DNA of 64,000 nt from a candidate division FCPU426 bacterium (GTDB taxonomy: Bacteria; Oederibacteriota; Muellerivitia; Muellerivitales; Muellerivitaceae), in assembly GCA_963771075.1 (NCBI GenBank), contig CAVYSE010000007.1, positions 160,001-224,000 of the forward strand. The letters are read 5' to 3'. Positions 10,165 to 20,319 of the stretch are shown in pieces. The notes beneath the pieces are model-generated. The model was not told the DNA's origin. It worked only from the letters and a program-made list of their open reading frames with translations, and searched no databases. The position numbers were made by a program, and so were the translations under genes. Numbering within the stretch: position 1 is the stretch's first letter; every line of letters starts with the position of its first letter.

Positions 10165-10824
10165 ATGACCAGCGATAAAACCGAAAATAAATCCTTACCC
10201 TATACCCCGACTAATCTCCTTCAAGTGGCAAAGGTGATTAAGAACGGCGGGATCGCCGTGTTTCCGACCGATACGGTTTATGACATTGGGTGCTCCCTGA
10301 AAAAACCGGATGCCCTGAAAAGAATTTTTGCCCTCAAAGACCGTCCCACGAATCAATCCCTTTCCATTTTGATCTCACGGCCCGAGGTGGCCTTGGAAAT
10401 AGCTGATTTTCGTGAGAAGGACCTGGATATCCTACGCAAAATCTGGCCCGGACCCTGGAGCCTGATAAGGCGGGCCAAAGTGACATCCCTATCCCCCGGC
10501 GCGGTTGGGCCGGATGGGACGGTCGCCCTGCGCTGCCCTGACCATGGGATCGCGCTGGAGCTTTTACGCAACGTGGGTGACACCCTGGCCGTTTCGAGCG
10601 CGAATTTTACCGGCGGGGCCAGCCCGGTGCGTTTCGAGGATATTGATCCGGAAATCCTGGAAAAGGTGGATGCGGCCCTGGACGCCGGGAACTGTCCCTT
10701 GGGCGGGGAGACCGCCATTGTCCGCATTGACCGTAAAAATTTCTCCCTGGTCCGTAACGGCATCGTATCGGCTGAGGAACTGGCTCGGGTTGAAAAGCTT
10801 TTGGACCATATGGTGAAAGAATAA
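10165..10824 (+). CDS. tsaC: L-threonylcarbamoyladenylate synthase (TsaC/Sua5 family)
   Basis: FPTDTVY, KDRP, WPGP, VALRCPDH, SSAN motifs; start uncertain (10075-10165). Confidence 0.85.
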   Translation: MTSDKTENKSLPYTPTNLLQVAKVIKNGGIAVFPTDTVYDIGCSLKKPDALKRIFALKDRPTNQSLSILISRPEVALEIADFREKDLDILRKIWPGPWSLIRRAKVTSLSPGAVGPDGTVALRCPDHGIALELLRNVGDTLAVSSANFTGGASPVRFEDIDPEILEKVDAALDAGNCPLGGETAIVRIDRKNFSLVRNGIVSAEELARVEKLLDHMVKE

Positions 10825-10848
10825 TCCAGTCTTGCCCGGGAGTTCAGG

Positions 10849-11304
10849 TTGGCCCTAAAGATACTTTTTGTCTGTACGGGTAATACATGCCGGAGTCCAC
10901 TGGCCGAAGGGATGCTGAAAAAAATATCCGAAGAAAGGCATTGGAACCTTTCGGTGGCTTCGGCGGGTATGGCGGCCTTTCCGGGCCTTGCGGCCTCCCC
11001 CGAGGCTATTGAAACGGCAAGGGAAAAGGAATTCGACCTGTCAGGGCACCAAAGCCAGCCTCTTTCCAAACAGCTGGTCATGGAAAGCGACCTGATTCTG
11101 ACCATGACCCGACGTCACAAAGAAATGATCCTTAAGAAAATGCCAGACCTGGGGCCCAAAGTCAAAATGCTTTCGGAAACGGCGGGTGAGGGCGAAAAAG
11201 ATATCGAGGACCCGGTCGGCCATCCTGTGGAAGTTTATCGGCAGACCTTGCATCAAATTGAGGTTTTCCTGGAAAAATCCGCCGGGGTTTTCAACCCGGC
11301 TTAA
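10849..11304 (+). CDS. Low molecular weight protein arginine/tyrosine phosphatase (YwlE-like)
   Basis: FVCTGNTCRSP P-loop and IEDP motif; tsaC-phosphatase-rpiB order. Confidence 0.9.
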   Translation: MALKILFVCTGNTCRSPLAEGMLKKISEERHWNLSVASAGMAAFPGLAASPEAIETAREKEFDLSGHQSQPLSKQLVMESDLILTMTRRHKEMILKKMPDLGPKVKMLSETAGEGEKDIEDPVGHPVEVYRQTLHQIEVFLEKSAGVFNPA

Positions 11305-11318
11305 AACGAAGGGGAGAA

Positions 11319-11786
11319 ATGAAAATTACCATTGGGTCCGACCACGCGGGATTTACGGCGAAGGAGGCCGTGGCCGCCATGTTGAGAAATCTGGGACATG
11401 AGGTTTCCGACCTCGGTGCTTTTAACCCGGAACCGTCCGATTACCCCTATTATGCGGAAAAGGTCGCCTTGTCCGTCGCTCGGGGCCAAGCGGAACGGGG
11501 AATTGTCATCTGTGGAAACGGCATTGGAATGTCCATTGTGGCCAATAAAATCCCGGGTGTCCGGGCGGCACTGGTGACCAACGAAAAAGCGGCCCACGAC
11601 ACCCGGGACCACAACGACTCCAATGTGCTTTCCCTGGCCGGCCGGGACCTGCCGGTGGAAACGAACCTGAAACTGGCCAAGATCTGGGTCGAGACCCCCT
11701 TTAGCGGGGCCGACCGGCACCAGCGCCGGGTTGACGAAATACACCAAATCGAGAGAAAGTATGAAGCGGAAAAGCTGTTGAGCTAG
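11319..11786 (+). CDS. rpiB: Ribose 5-phosphate isomerase B
   Basis: GSDHAG, DYP, ICGNGIGMSIVANKIPGVRAA, HNDSNVL, RHQRR. Confidence 0.95.
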   Translation: MKITIGSDHAGFTAKEAVAAMLRNLGHEVSDLGAFNPEPSDYPYYAEKVALSVARGQAERGIVICGNGIGMSIVANKIPGVRAALVTNEKAAHDTRDHNDSNVLSLAGRDLPVETNLKLAKIWVETPFSGADRHQRRVDEIHQIERKYEAEKLLS

Positions 11787-11824
11787 GTTTCTGTTTTGGG
11801 GGCCTTGGTTCCAGGGAGGGAAGA

Positions 11825-12232
11825 GTGGGAAAGACAGCCATCGTTTGTCTAACATTGGTTTTTCTGGTGGGGATTTGCGGCTGTTCCATGACACCTGAAG
11901 AGAAGGTCTCCCGGGAACAGGTTTTGAAGCAGACGGTCGATCAATTTACATCCTTGGCGGTCCAGGGAAACTTCAACGATATTTACCGTATGACGGACGG
12001 GGCCTTTGACAGCTCGGATTCCCTCAGATCGGCTCTGGTGAAAAGCTGGGTCCAGGACGGTACCCTGACCGGTGGCCAGATCGCCTCCATGTCCTGGGTG
12101 AACGACAACACCGCGAAGGTGAAACTGAACTGGGTTTTCCAAGCGATGAGCGTCCAAAGCTATTCCAGCGAGACCTTTATTTGGGGTTGGAAGGGTGGAA
12201 CCTGGAAATTGAAGGGACGAGCGCTTCGTTAA
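11825..12232 (+). CDS. Hypothetical lipoprotein (possibly NTF2-like)
   Basis: Hydrophobic signal with ICGC lipobox-like site; GGAGG RBS. Confidence 0.65.
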   Translation: MGKTAIVCLTLVFLVGICGCSMTPEEKVSREQVLKQTVDQFTSLAVQGNFNDIYRMTDGAFDSSDSLRSALVKSWVQDGTLTGGQIASMSWVNDNTAKVKLNWVFQAMSVQSYSSETFIWGWKGGTWKLKGRALR

Positions 12233-12279
12233 ATAAAAGAAGCCCTTGGCTTTTTAAGAACCAAGGGCTTCTTTTATTT
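12231..12279. terminator. Bidirectional intrinsic terminator
   Basis: aaataaaagaagcccttgg-loop-ccaagggcttcttttattt inverted repeat between convergent genes. Confidence 0.85.
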
Positions 12280-12284
12280 CCGGT

Positions 12285-12575
12285 TTAAGCTTGAACGGTT
12301 TCCGGTGCGGCGGGCGCGGCCGGTGTCGCTTTGGGCTTGGCGACCGCCAGGCGCTTTTGAACTTTTCCTGATCTCAGGCAACGGGTGCAAACCAGGATGC
12401 GTTGGGGTTTGCCGTTCACAACGGCCCGGATGGATTGAAGATTGGGCATTTGACGGCGTAGATTGATCCCGGTGATGTTTAATCCAATGCCGCCCTCTTT
12501 TTTGGATTTACCGCGGCGGGTGATCTTGCGGGCCTTGATGGGTCCCTTGCTGCAAATATCGCAAACCTGAGCCAT
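12285..12575 (-). CDS. rpmB: 50S ribosomal protein L28 (Zn-ribbon type, Ala/Pro tail)
   Basis: MAQVCDIC...RRQMPNLQ...VCTRCLRSGKV; GGAG RBS before ATG at 12575. Confidence 0.95.
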   Translation of the reverse strand: MAQVCDICSKGPIKARKITRRGKSKKEGGIGLNITGINLRRQMPNLQSIRAVVNGKPQRILVCTRCLRSGKVQKRLAVAKPKATPAAPAAPETVQA

Positions 12576-12698
12576 TTCAACTTCTCCTGTTTTTTTTACG
12601 GGTGGACCCAATGGGTAGGGTCGTGGATTCCTGGGAATCGCGTTTCGGCGGGACTTCACAAGCGATGTGAACGGCTTTGGGTCCAACCAAGAACGCGC

Positions 12699-12728
12699 AT
12701 TATAATCAAAGAAAATCAGGAATAACAA
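12699..12728 (-). promoter_or_regulatory. Putative sigma70 promoter for rpmB
   Basis: Minus strand TTGTTA-18 bp-TATAAT followed by GC-rich GCGCG discriminator. Confidence 0.45.
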
Positions 12729-12873
12729 GTTTTTTCGGCCTTTTAGGTTGTCTCGGGTTAGAAGTTCATGAGCTGAACGAAAAAGGCGGCCGTAAAACCA
12801 AGGCTTGTGAAGATTCATGAATCCGGCTTGAAAATCCACTAGACTTCCATGAAGAAATCCTCCGGGAGCGAAC

Positions 12874-15243
12874 ATGCCCAAGCCTGTCCACCCATTCCTA
12901 AAGTGGATACAACCTCTCAAACTGGAGGAAAGACAAGGTTATACCAACCGCGCGGTAGTCCGGGGTTTGGATCGATATCTCGCCGATTCGATAAATCAAT
13001 GGATTGCCGAAAACACCGCGGAATTAGGATCTTTTCCCGAGGTTTTAGCGGGCCTGATGGACTTGTCCCGCGATTATTCCCAGTATCTCGCCTTGGAAAT
13101 ACCCCAAAGGCAAAGGCTCATTCAAAACACCTTGCGGGACCTGGAAGTGTGGCGTGAAAATTTAGAACATTCCGCTCTCCCTAAGTTGGCTGCCATCCAG
13201 TCTGATTTCATAGTCGAAGACCTCATCCCAACCCCCAAACTTCGCGCATTTAAACTGCTGGGACTCAAGACCCTGGAAGACCTTTTCTATTACACTCCCA
13301 AATGGGCCGTGGACCTTTCGCGGCTTGTCCCTTTGGCTCAAGGGAAAGTCGAAGACGCAGGATTTTTCCTGGCGCAGATCAATGGGGTCTCCCATTCGAA
13401 AAAGGGGAAGCAAGAAACTCTCAAGGTGAACCTTCAGGACGGGTCGGGCCGGATGATTTGGACCTGGTTCAACCGGCCTTACCTTAAAAAAGAGGTCGAA
13501 AACGGCAGGTGGGTTCTCCTTCACGATAAGGTGCAGATCACCCCTTGGGGCCGGCAAATGGTGGGGCGGGCGGGTGCTTATGAGTTTTTGGACGATCGGG
13601 AAGTGAAGGCGTTGCAGTCAGGCCAGCCTCTCGTTTTTTATCCTTCCACGCCCACGCTGGACCAGGCCTTTTGGCGGTCCTTAATGGCTAAACTTTTCGA
13701 TCGGGCCGGCCCATATCTGGACCAAAACCTGGCCATTTCCAGGACCCCTCTTCGTTTACCGCTTGAGCAGCTGCACCATCCCGCCACCCTGGAAGATTTC
13801 GAGACGGGCAGGGCAACGCTGGCCCTCGAGGAGTTGGTGACCCTCCAAACCTATTTATTGATCAAACGCCGGGAAATGGAAAGGCGCCGAAAGGGCAGGG
13901 ATTACCAGTTCAACGGAACGCGAGTGGCCGCTTTTCGAAAGACCATACCGTACCCATTGACGGGGGCTCAAAGGAGAGTGCTTCGGGAAATTCGGGAAGA
14001 TTTAGCCAAACCCAACCCGATGAACCGGCTCCTTCAGGGGGATGTGGGAAGCGGAAAAACACTGGTGGCCGCCATTGCTTTCCTATACTCGGCCGATTCG
14101 GGGATCCAATCTTGTTTCATGGCCCCCACGGAAATTCTCGCCCAACAGCATTACCATTTTTTGTCGAATACGCTCTCCAAGGAGGGTCTAAAAACCATCC
14201 TGCTCACCAGCGACATGAAAGCCTCGGACAAACGCGCGGCTTTGGAAGCCTTGCGCAAGGGCGAGGCGGACGTGGCGGTGGGCACCCACGCCCTTCTCGA
14301 AAAAGAGGTGGAATTCTCCAATTTGGGATTCATGGTGATCGATGAACGCCATAAATTCGGGGTTCTTCAAAGATCGGCCCTGGAAAAGAAAGGGCGATGG
14401 CCTGACGCCCTCATGATGACAGCCACTCCCTTTCCTCGGGCTTTAGTTTTGACCGAATATGGGGATACGGACTTGTCGGTGTTGGATGAGTTCCCGAAGG
14501 GGCGAAAATCTATTCAAACCTTTTGGCGGCCTGAATCCCAAAAAACGGAGGTTTACCAAAAGGTACGGGAAAGGGTCCTTAAGGGAGAACAGGCTTACCT
14601 GGTTTATCCCGTGGTGGAGGAATCCAAGGGGTTCTTGAAATCCGCGACCCATATGTTCGAGTTTTTCAAAAACGAGACATTTCATGGGTTTCGTTTGGGC
14701 CTTCTGCATGGCCGTATGAAAAAAGATGAAAAGTTCGATGTGATGAAAAGATTTTCCGCAAAAGAGATCCAAATCCTGGTTTCGACGACCGTGGTGGAAG
14801 TGGGGTTGGATATCCCCAACGCCACGGTCATGGTGGTGGAACACGCGGAACGTTTCGGATTGGCCCAACTTCATCAACTTCGCGGCCGGGTGGGACGGGA
14901 TCAATTGCCATCCTACTGTTATTTGGTCACCTCGCCGGTTTGTTCCTCGGAGGCCGTCCAGCGGATGAAGACCATGGTATCCACCCTGGACGGTTTTAAA
15001 CTGTCTGAAATGGACCTGAAAATCAGGGGGCCCGGGGAAATCTTGGGATTGGCCCAATCGGGCCGGAAAGAGGGCGGCCTTGTGGATTTGAAAAGGGATG
15101 GGGAATTGGCGGAATTGGCGCGCCGAAAGGCGGAACTTCTTGTCCAAGAGGATTCCCGCCTGGAAAAGGAACAAAATCGTGTCCTTCGGGAGAAGCTCAA
15201 CCGCCGTTATCGATTATCATTGGACCTCGCGCAAATATCATGA
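12874..15243 (+). CDS. recG: ATP-dependent DNA helicase RecG
   Basis: LLQGDVGSGKT, MAPTEILAQQH, DERH, MTATP, LHQLRGRVGR, DLKIRGPGE. Confidence 0.95.
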   Translation: MPKPVHPFLKWIQPLKLEERQGYTNRAVVRGLDRYLADSINQWIAENTAELGSFPEVLAGLMDLSRDYSQYLALEIPQRQRLIQNTLRDLEVWRENLEHSALPKLAAIQSDFIVEDLIPTPKLRAFKLLGLKTLEDLFYYTPKWAVDLSRLVPLAQGKVEDAGFFLAQINGVSHSKKGKQETLKVNLQDGSGRMIWTWFNRPYLKKEVENGRWVLLHDKVQITPWGRQMVGRAGAYEFLDDREVKALQSGQPLVFYPSTPTLDQAFWRSLMAKLFDRAGPYLDQNLAISRTPLRLPLEQLHHPATLEDFETGRATLALEELVTLQTYLLIKRREMERRRKGRDYQFNGTRVAAFRKTIPYPLTGAQRRVLREIREDLAKPNPMNRLLQGDVGSGKTLVAAIAFLYSADSGIQSCFMAPTEILAQQHYHFLSNTLSKEGLKTILLTSDMKASDKRAALEALRKGEADVAVGTHALLEKEVEFSNLGFMVIDERHKFGVLQRSALEKKGRWPDALMMTATPFPRALVLTEYGDTDLSVLDEFPKGRKSIQTFWRPESQKTEVYQKVRERVLKGEQAYLVYPVVEESKGFLKSATHMFEFFKNETFHGFRLGLLHGRMKKDEKFDVMKRFSAKEIQILVSTTVVEVGLDIPNATVMVVEHAERFGLAQLHQLRGRVGRDQLPSYCYLVTSPVCSSEAVQRMKTMVSTLDGFKLSEMDLKIRGPGEILGLAQSGRKEGGLVDLKRDGELAELARRKAELLVQEDSRLEKEQNRVLREKLNRRYRLSLDLAQIS

Positions 15244-15279
15244 AAAGGGACGCGGGATTTTGCGGGTTGGGAGTGAATT

Positions 15280-15858
15280 TTGAGGATCATCTCAGGAATA
15301 TACAGGAGCCGGTCGGTGCGGGCTCCTTCGAACGATAAGATCCGTCCGACCGCCGACAAGGTGAAGGGCGCCTTGTTCAATATGCTTGGGTCACTGGAGG
15401 GAAATCGGGTCTGCGATTTTTTCGCAGGGACTGGAAATCTGGGAATCGAGGCCTTGAGCCGCGGGGCGGCGGAAGTGGTATTCGTCGATAAGGCCTTTGA
15501 AAGTATCCGGCTAATTAAGGAAAATTTGTCGTCCCTGGGATTGGAACCGGGGGCTTCCACGCCGATGATCCGGGTTTTGAACATGGAAGTATCCAAGGCC
15601 TTTTATTTGTTGTCCCAAGAAAATAAACGATTTGATGTGGTCCTGGCAGACCCACCCTATGAAGCGGGTATTTCAAGAAAGTTACAAAATCTCATGAAAA
15701 CCTACCCCCTCCTTGTCCCCGGGGGGCTTTTTTCCATCGAGCATGGGGCTGGGGACATCGACTTTGACCCCGAATTCCCCTATCCTTTAGTCCGACAGAA
15801 AAAATACGGCGATACCCTGTTAAGCATGTTCCGCTTTGGCCCCTTGGAGAATGAATGA
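15280..15858 (+). CDS. rsmD: 16S rRNA m2G966 methyltransferase
   Basis: MRIISG, RPTADKVK, DFFAGTGNLGIEALSRGA, DPPY, KKYGDT. Confidence 0.95.
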   Translation: MRIISGIYRSRSVRAPSNDKIRPTADKVKGALFNMLGSLEGNRVCDFFAGTGNLGIEALSRGAAEVVFVDKAFESIRLIKENLSSLGLEPGASTPMIRVLNMEVSKAFYLLSQENKRFDVVLADPPYEAGISRKLQNLMKTYPLLVPGGLFSIEHGAGDIDFDPEFPYPLVRQKKYGDTLLSMFRFGPLENE

Positions 15859-16370
15859 AACCAAAAGAAATGGAAATCAGACCCGGCAAAATTATTGGGC
15901 TCTATCCAGGTTCTTTTGACCCGGTGACTAATGGCCATTTGGATATAGCGGTTCGTGCGCTCAAACTTTGCGATGAACTGCATATCGCGGTGGTGGCCAA
16001 CCCCCTTAAGAGCGCTTTTTTTTCAGTTGAGAAAAGGGTTGAGTTGCTTGAAAAAACCACCCGGCATTTACCGAGGGTGGTCATTTCCTCCTTCACGGGC
16101 CTATTGGTGGATTACGCGAAGGAATTACAGGCGGGGATCATTTTCCGGGGGCTCCGGGCTGTTTCCGATTTTGAATACGAATTCCAAATGGCGTTAATGA
16201 ATCGAACGCTTCACCCCAAAATCGAGGTGGTTTTCCTGGTGCCGAGTGAAAAATTTATCTTTATTTCATCCAGCTCCATCAAGGAGGTGGCTAAGCTGGG
16301 GGGCGATGTGGGCGGTTTTGTGTCCCCGGTGGTTCAAAAGGCCCTTCGAGAACGCAATGGGATGCGGTGA
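15855..16370 (+). CDS. coaD: Phosphopantetheine adenylyltransferase
   Basis: YPGSFDPVTNGHLD, RGLRAVSDFEYE, ISSS. Confidence 0.97.
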   Translation: MKPKEMEIRPGKIIGLYPGSFDPVTNGHLDIAVRALKLCDELHIAVVANPLKSAFFSVEKRVELLEKTTRHLPRVVISSFTGLLVDYAKELQAGIIFRGLRAVSDFEYEFQMALMNRTLHPKIEVVFLVPSEKFIFISSSSIKEVAKLGGDVGGFVSPVVQKALRERNGMR

Positions 16371-16422
16371 GATCGGGATTTACCTTCGATCACGACCCTA
16401 ACCGGGGTGCTTAGGTATTTTC

Positions 16423-16452
16423 TTGACACTGAAAGAGGCTGATTTTTATAAT
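16423..16452 (+). promoter_or_regulatory. Consensus sigma70 promoter of the yceD-rpmF-plsX-fab operon
   Basis: TTGACA-18 bp-TATAAT. Confidence 0.75.
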
Positions 16453-16544
16453 CCACCTCTGCTTTTAATTGCTTTTCAACCTATTGGGATTGAGCTTTTC
16501 GCGCTCGAAGCCGCAGGTTGGGGCTTGGGGGAGGAGCGCGGTCC

Positions 16545-17069
16545 ATGTTGACAGTTGATGTTCGCGCCCTGGATCGGGAAGAGGCCCTCATCCATCAAAA
16601 GGATTGGGCTTCCGCGCTTGGGATTGAATTGGATCCGGGCTTGACGGCCTCTCCTTGCGAAATCTTTTGTCGGATTTCTAAAAGCGGTGGATTTATTTCG
16701 GCGAACGGCTGGGTTTCGACGAAATTGAGGCTTTTATGCGACCGATGCCTCAAAAATTTTGAAAAAGATTATAAATCTTACTTCGAAGTTCATTTCCGCC
16801 CGAAGTCGGATGCGGTCGAAGAAGAAGTCCCGGAAGCGATGGTCAATCCGGGAGAGATGGAAACAGTTTATTTTGACGGGGAAATGCTTGATATTGGGGA
16901 GCAGGTCCGTCAAACATTACTTCTTTCCGTCCCCATGCGCTCCCTTTGCCGGGAGGATTGCCAGGGGCTTTGCGCGCAATGTGGTTGCGATTTAAATTTA
17001 GAGAAGTGTAACTGTTCCGGGCCTCCTCCCGATCACCGGTGGGATGCCCTTAAAAACTGGAAAACCTAA
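16545..17069 (+). CDS. YceD/DUF177 family protein
   Basis: CDRCL, LCREDCQGLCAQCG, C-terminal RWDAL; upstream of rpmF. Confidence 0.9.
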   Translation: MLTVDVRALDREEALIHQKDWASALGIELDPGLTASPCEIFCRISKSGGFISANGWVSTKLRLLCDRCLKNFEKDYKSYFEVHFRPKSDAVEEEVPEAMVNPGEMETVYFDGEMLDIGEQVRQTLLLSVPMRSLCREDCQGLCAQCGCDLNLEKCNCSGPPPDHRWDALKNWKT

Positions 17070-17135
17070 ACCCCTTTAATTGAAAGGGAGGCAGGAAGCG
17101 GGATATTCCCGCTCGACAATGATTCGGAGGACTCG

Positions 17136-17318
17136 ATGGCTAATCCAAAAAGGCGGCATTCCCGTCAGCGCCGCGACAAACGCCGTACCAACTGGAAAAT
17201 CAAGACGAAGTCCCTTTCGGTTTGCCCCCAATGCAAGAGCGCGAAGTTGCCACACCGCGTTTGCCCGAATTGCGGGTACTATAAGGGAAAAGAAGTCGTC
17301 ACCGTCGATATCGCCTGA
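17136..17318 (+). CDS. rpmF: 50S ribosomal protein L32
   Basis: MANPKRRHS...CPQC...PHRVCPNCGYYKG. Confidence 0.97.
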   Translation: MANPKRRHSRQRRDKRRTNWKIKTKSLSVCPQCKSAKLPHRVCPNCGYYKGKEVVTVDIA

Positions 17319-17333
17319 GTTGACCTCCTTTTC

Positions 17334-18401
17334 ATGAAAATCGCCCTCGATGCGATGGGAGGAGATCACGCCCCAAGGGAGATCGTGTTAGGCGCGGTCA
17401 TGGCCGTGAAAGATTCCGAGGTCATGGAAATGGCCAAGGGCGACCTTCACGTGGTGCTGGTCGGGAAAAAAGAAGAGATCGAAAAGATCCTGTCCGACGC
17501 CGGAACCTACCCTCAATCCGCCATTTCGGTTGTTGATGCGCGCGAAGTCGTAGGGATGGCCGAGAGTCCTGCCCAGGCCTGCAAGCAAAAAAGAGATTCT
17601 TCCATTGTTCGCTGTACCGAACTGGTGAAATCCAAAGAAGTCGACGCCTGCGTTTCGGCCGGAAACTCGGGGGCCACGATGGCCGCCGCACTTATGACAT
17701 GCGGCCGTTTGGACGGTGTTTACCGTCCGGCCATCGTGACGATGGTTCCCAGCGTGAACGGTGTTTCGGTGCTGGTGGATGCGGGTGCCAACGTGGATTG
17801 CAAAGCCAAACACCTTCTTCAATTCGCGCTCATGGGGGACGTGTTTGCCCGTACGGTGCTCAACTTCAAGGAACCCCGGGTAGGGCTTCTCTCAATCGGC
17901 GAGGAGGAAAGCAAGGGGAATGAATTGGTTTTTGGCGCCCAAGCCCTTCTGAAGAAGGTTCCATTGAATTACATCGGTAATATTGAAGGCCGGGACATCG
18001 TGAATGGAAATTGCGACGTCACGGTTTGCGACGGTTTCGTAGGGAATGTAACCTTAAAAGCCATTGAGGGTGTGGGCGAACTGGTGTTTACATTGCTCAA
18101 AAAGGAAATTGGATCCAATTTGTTCACTTTGCTGGGCGGGTTGTTGGCCGGGCCGGCTTTCAGGCGTTTTAAACGGAGCGTGGACTACCAGGAATATGGT
18201 GGCGCACCTTTGTTGGGAATTAATGGGCTGAGTTTGATCAGCCATGGGAAATCCAACGCGTTAACCATGAAAAACGCCATCCGGGCGACGCTGAAGTGCC
18301 TCAACCGCAATATGACCCAGGTGTTAAAAGAACAAATACTTCAATATGGGCAAGTGAATGATAAGCCGGATCCAAAGTCACCGATGGGGGAGCCAACGTG
18401 A
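17334..18401 (+). CDS. plsX: Phosphate acyltransferase PlsX
   Basis: IALDAMGGDHAP, SAGNSGA, DAGANVD, CDGFVGN, YGGAPLLG. Confidence 0.97.
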   Translation: MKIALDAMGGDHAPREIVLGAVMAVKDSEVMEMAKGDLHVVLVGKKEEIEKILSDAGTYPQSAISVVDAREVVGMAESPAQACKQKRDSSIVRCTELVKSKEVDACVSAGNSGATMAAALMTCGRLDGVYRPAIVTMVPSVNGVSVLVDAGANVDCKAKHLLQFALMGDVFARTVLNFKEPRVGLLSIGEEESKGNELVFGAQALLKKVPLNYIGNIEGRDIVNGNCDVTVCDGFVGNVTLKAIEGVGELVFTLLKKEIGSNLFTLLGGLLAGPAFRRFKRSVDYQEYGGAPLLGINGLSLISHGKSNALTMKNAIRATLKCLNRNMTQVLKEQILQYGQVNDKPDPKSPMGEPT

Positions 18402-19390
18402 GCGATTTAGGCCGTGTCGGCATTTTGGGAACGGGTTCCTATATCCCGGATAAAATCATTACGAATCAATACATTGAAAGCCTGGTGGATACCACCGACG
18501 AGTGGATCGTGACCCGAACGGGGATCAAAGAGCGCCGGATGGCACGGCCGGACGAGTGCAATTCGGACATGGCGGTGGCGGCTTCCAAGAAAGCTTTGGA
18601 GTCGGCGGGCCTTTCCCCGAAGGATATCAATCTCATTATCATGGCGACCATTACTCCGGATATGCCAACTCCGGCGACCTCTTGCATCGTCCAGGCCAAG
18701 TTGGGTGCCTTTCCCGCGGCGGCTTTTGATATCTCGGCCGCCTGCTCGGGGTTTGTTTATGGATTGACACTCGCGAAATCCCTGGTTCAAAGCGGACAGT
18801 TCAAAAATATCCTCCTCATCGGCGGGGAAAAGTTGACCTCCTTCACCGATTGGAAGGACCGGGGATCCTGCATGTTGTTTGGGGACGGGGCGGGAGCGGT
18901 CATTGTTGGGAATTACGCCGACGGAACCCCTGAAATTCTCTCGGCTTTCGTGACCGCCAATGGCCAGGACGCGGATCTTTTGAAAATCCCAGGCGGCGGT
19001 TCCCAGGTCCCGCCCAGCGAGTCTTCCCTCCGGGACAACATGCATACGTTGAAAATGCAGGGCCGGGAAGTGTTTAAAATCGCTGTCAAGGTGATGTCCG
19101 ATGCCGTTCTTGAAAGCCTAAAACGATCGGGCTTAACCCTGGACCAAGTGGATTTGGTCATTCCCCATCAAGCCAACCTTCGGATCATTCAAGCCATCGC
19201 GGAAAGGCTTCAATTACCTGAAAATAAGTTTTTCGTTAATATCGACAAAGTTGGCAATACATCCGCTGCTTCCGTGGCGATCGCCCTGGATCACGCGGTT
19301 CATCAGGGCCGCGTGCGCAAAGGCATGAATATCGTTCTTGTGGCTTTTGGGGCGGGAACCACCCTCGCTTCCACTGTGCTGAGGTGGTGA
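18398..19390 (+). CDS. fabH: Beta-ketoacyl-ACP synthase III
   Basis: AACSGF, FGDGAGA, PHQANLRI, GNTSAAS. Confidence 0.97.
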   Translation: MSDLGRVGILGTGSYIPDKIITNQYIESLVDTTDEWIVTRTGIKERRMARPDECNSDMAVAASKKALESAGLSPKDINLIIMATITPDMPTPATSCIVQAKLGAFPAAAFDISAACSGFVYGLTLAKSLVQSGQFKNILLIGGEKLTSFTDWKDRGSCMLFGDGAGAVIVGNYADGTPEILSAFVTANGQDADLLKIPGGGSQVPPSESSLRDNMHTLKMQGREVFKIAVKVMSDAVLESLKRSGLTLDQVDLVIPHQANLRIIQAIAERLQLPENKFFVNIDKVGNTSAASVAIALDHAVHQGRVRKGMNIVLVAFGAGTTLASTVLRW

Positions 19391-19392
19391 GC

Positions 19393-20319
19393 ATGGGCAA
19401 GATCGCGTGGGTTTTTCCGGGTCAAGGTTCACAATTTGTCGGCATGGGAAAGGATTTGGCCTCGACCTATCCCGAATGCCGGGAATTGTTCGCTACGGCG
19501 GATACCATCTTGGGTTTTTCCCTTTCCGCGCTTTGTTTCAATGGCCCTGAGGATGAATTGAAAAACACCATCAATACCCAACCCGCCATCTTGACCCATT
19601 CGGTCGCGGTGGGTCGGGTCCTTCGAAAGTTGGGGCGAACTCCGAACGCAGTTGTCGGACATAGCCTGGGCGCCTACAGCGCCTTGGTGGAGGCGAAAGT
19701 TTTAACCTTCGAGGATGCCCTTCGGTTGGTTCGCCGCAGGGGGGAACTGATGGAATCTTCGGGTCAAGGAAAAGGATCCATGGCGGTCATCCTGGGTCTG
19801 GACGAGGATAAGGTTCGGGAAGCCTGCGCCCAAGCCTCCGGAGAGGAAATCGTGGAACCCGCCAATGTCAATTGCCCGGGTCAAATCGTTATCTCTGGAA
19901 ACACCCAGGCGGTCCACCTGGCTTGCGAAAAAGCCAAAGCCTTGGGCGCCAAGAGGGCAATGTTATTGCCCGTCAGCGGCCCTTTTCATAGCAGCCTCAT
20001 GAAACCGGCTGCGGAGGAATTTCAAAAAATCCTGGCCTCGGTCCCATTCCGGGAACCCCAAGTGCCCTATTATTCCGACATCGACGCCGTTGAAATAAAA
20101 GATCCGATCGCGATCCGGGAAAGTTTGGTCCGTCAACTGCTTGCCCCGGTTCAGTGGATCAATGTAGTGAAGACCCTTTCCGCCCATGGGATGGATTCAT
20201 TCCTCGAAGTGGGACCGGGAAAGGTATTATGCGGTTTAATTGGGAAAATATCGAAGGAAGCCCAAACACAAAACGCTGGGGATTCGGCGTCCTTAAAAAC
20301 CCTGATAGGAGTTATATGA
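19393..20319 (+). CDS. fabD: Malonyl-CoA-ACP transacylase
   Basis: FPGQGSQ, GHSLG, VSGPFHS, EVGPG. Confidence 0.97.
   Translation: MGKIAWVFPGQGSQFVGMGKDLASTYPECRELFATADTILGFSLSALCFNGPEDELKNTINTQPAILTHSVAVGRVLRKLGRTPNAVVGHSLGAYSALVEAKVLTFEDALRLVRRRGELMESSGQGKGSMAVILGLDEDKVREACAQASGEEIVEPANVNCPGQIVISGNTQAVHLACEKAKALGAKRAMLLPVSGPFHSSLMKPAAEEFQKILASVPFREPQVPYYSDIDAVEIKDPIAIRESLVRQLLAPVQWINVVKTLSAHGMDSFLEVGPGKVLCGLIGKISKEAQTQNAGDSASLKTLIGVI

Noticed and set aside
12576..12920. N-terminal extension making L28 a 211-aa protein
   Set aside because: RBS and ATG at 12575 match L28; the extension overlaps promoter DNA and recG.
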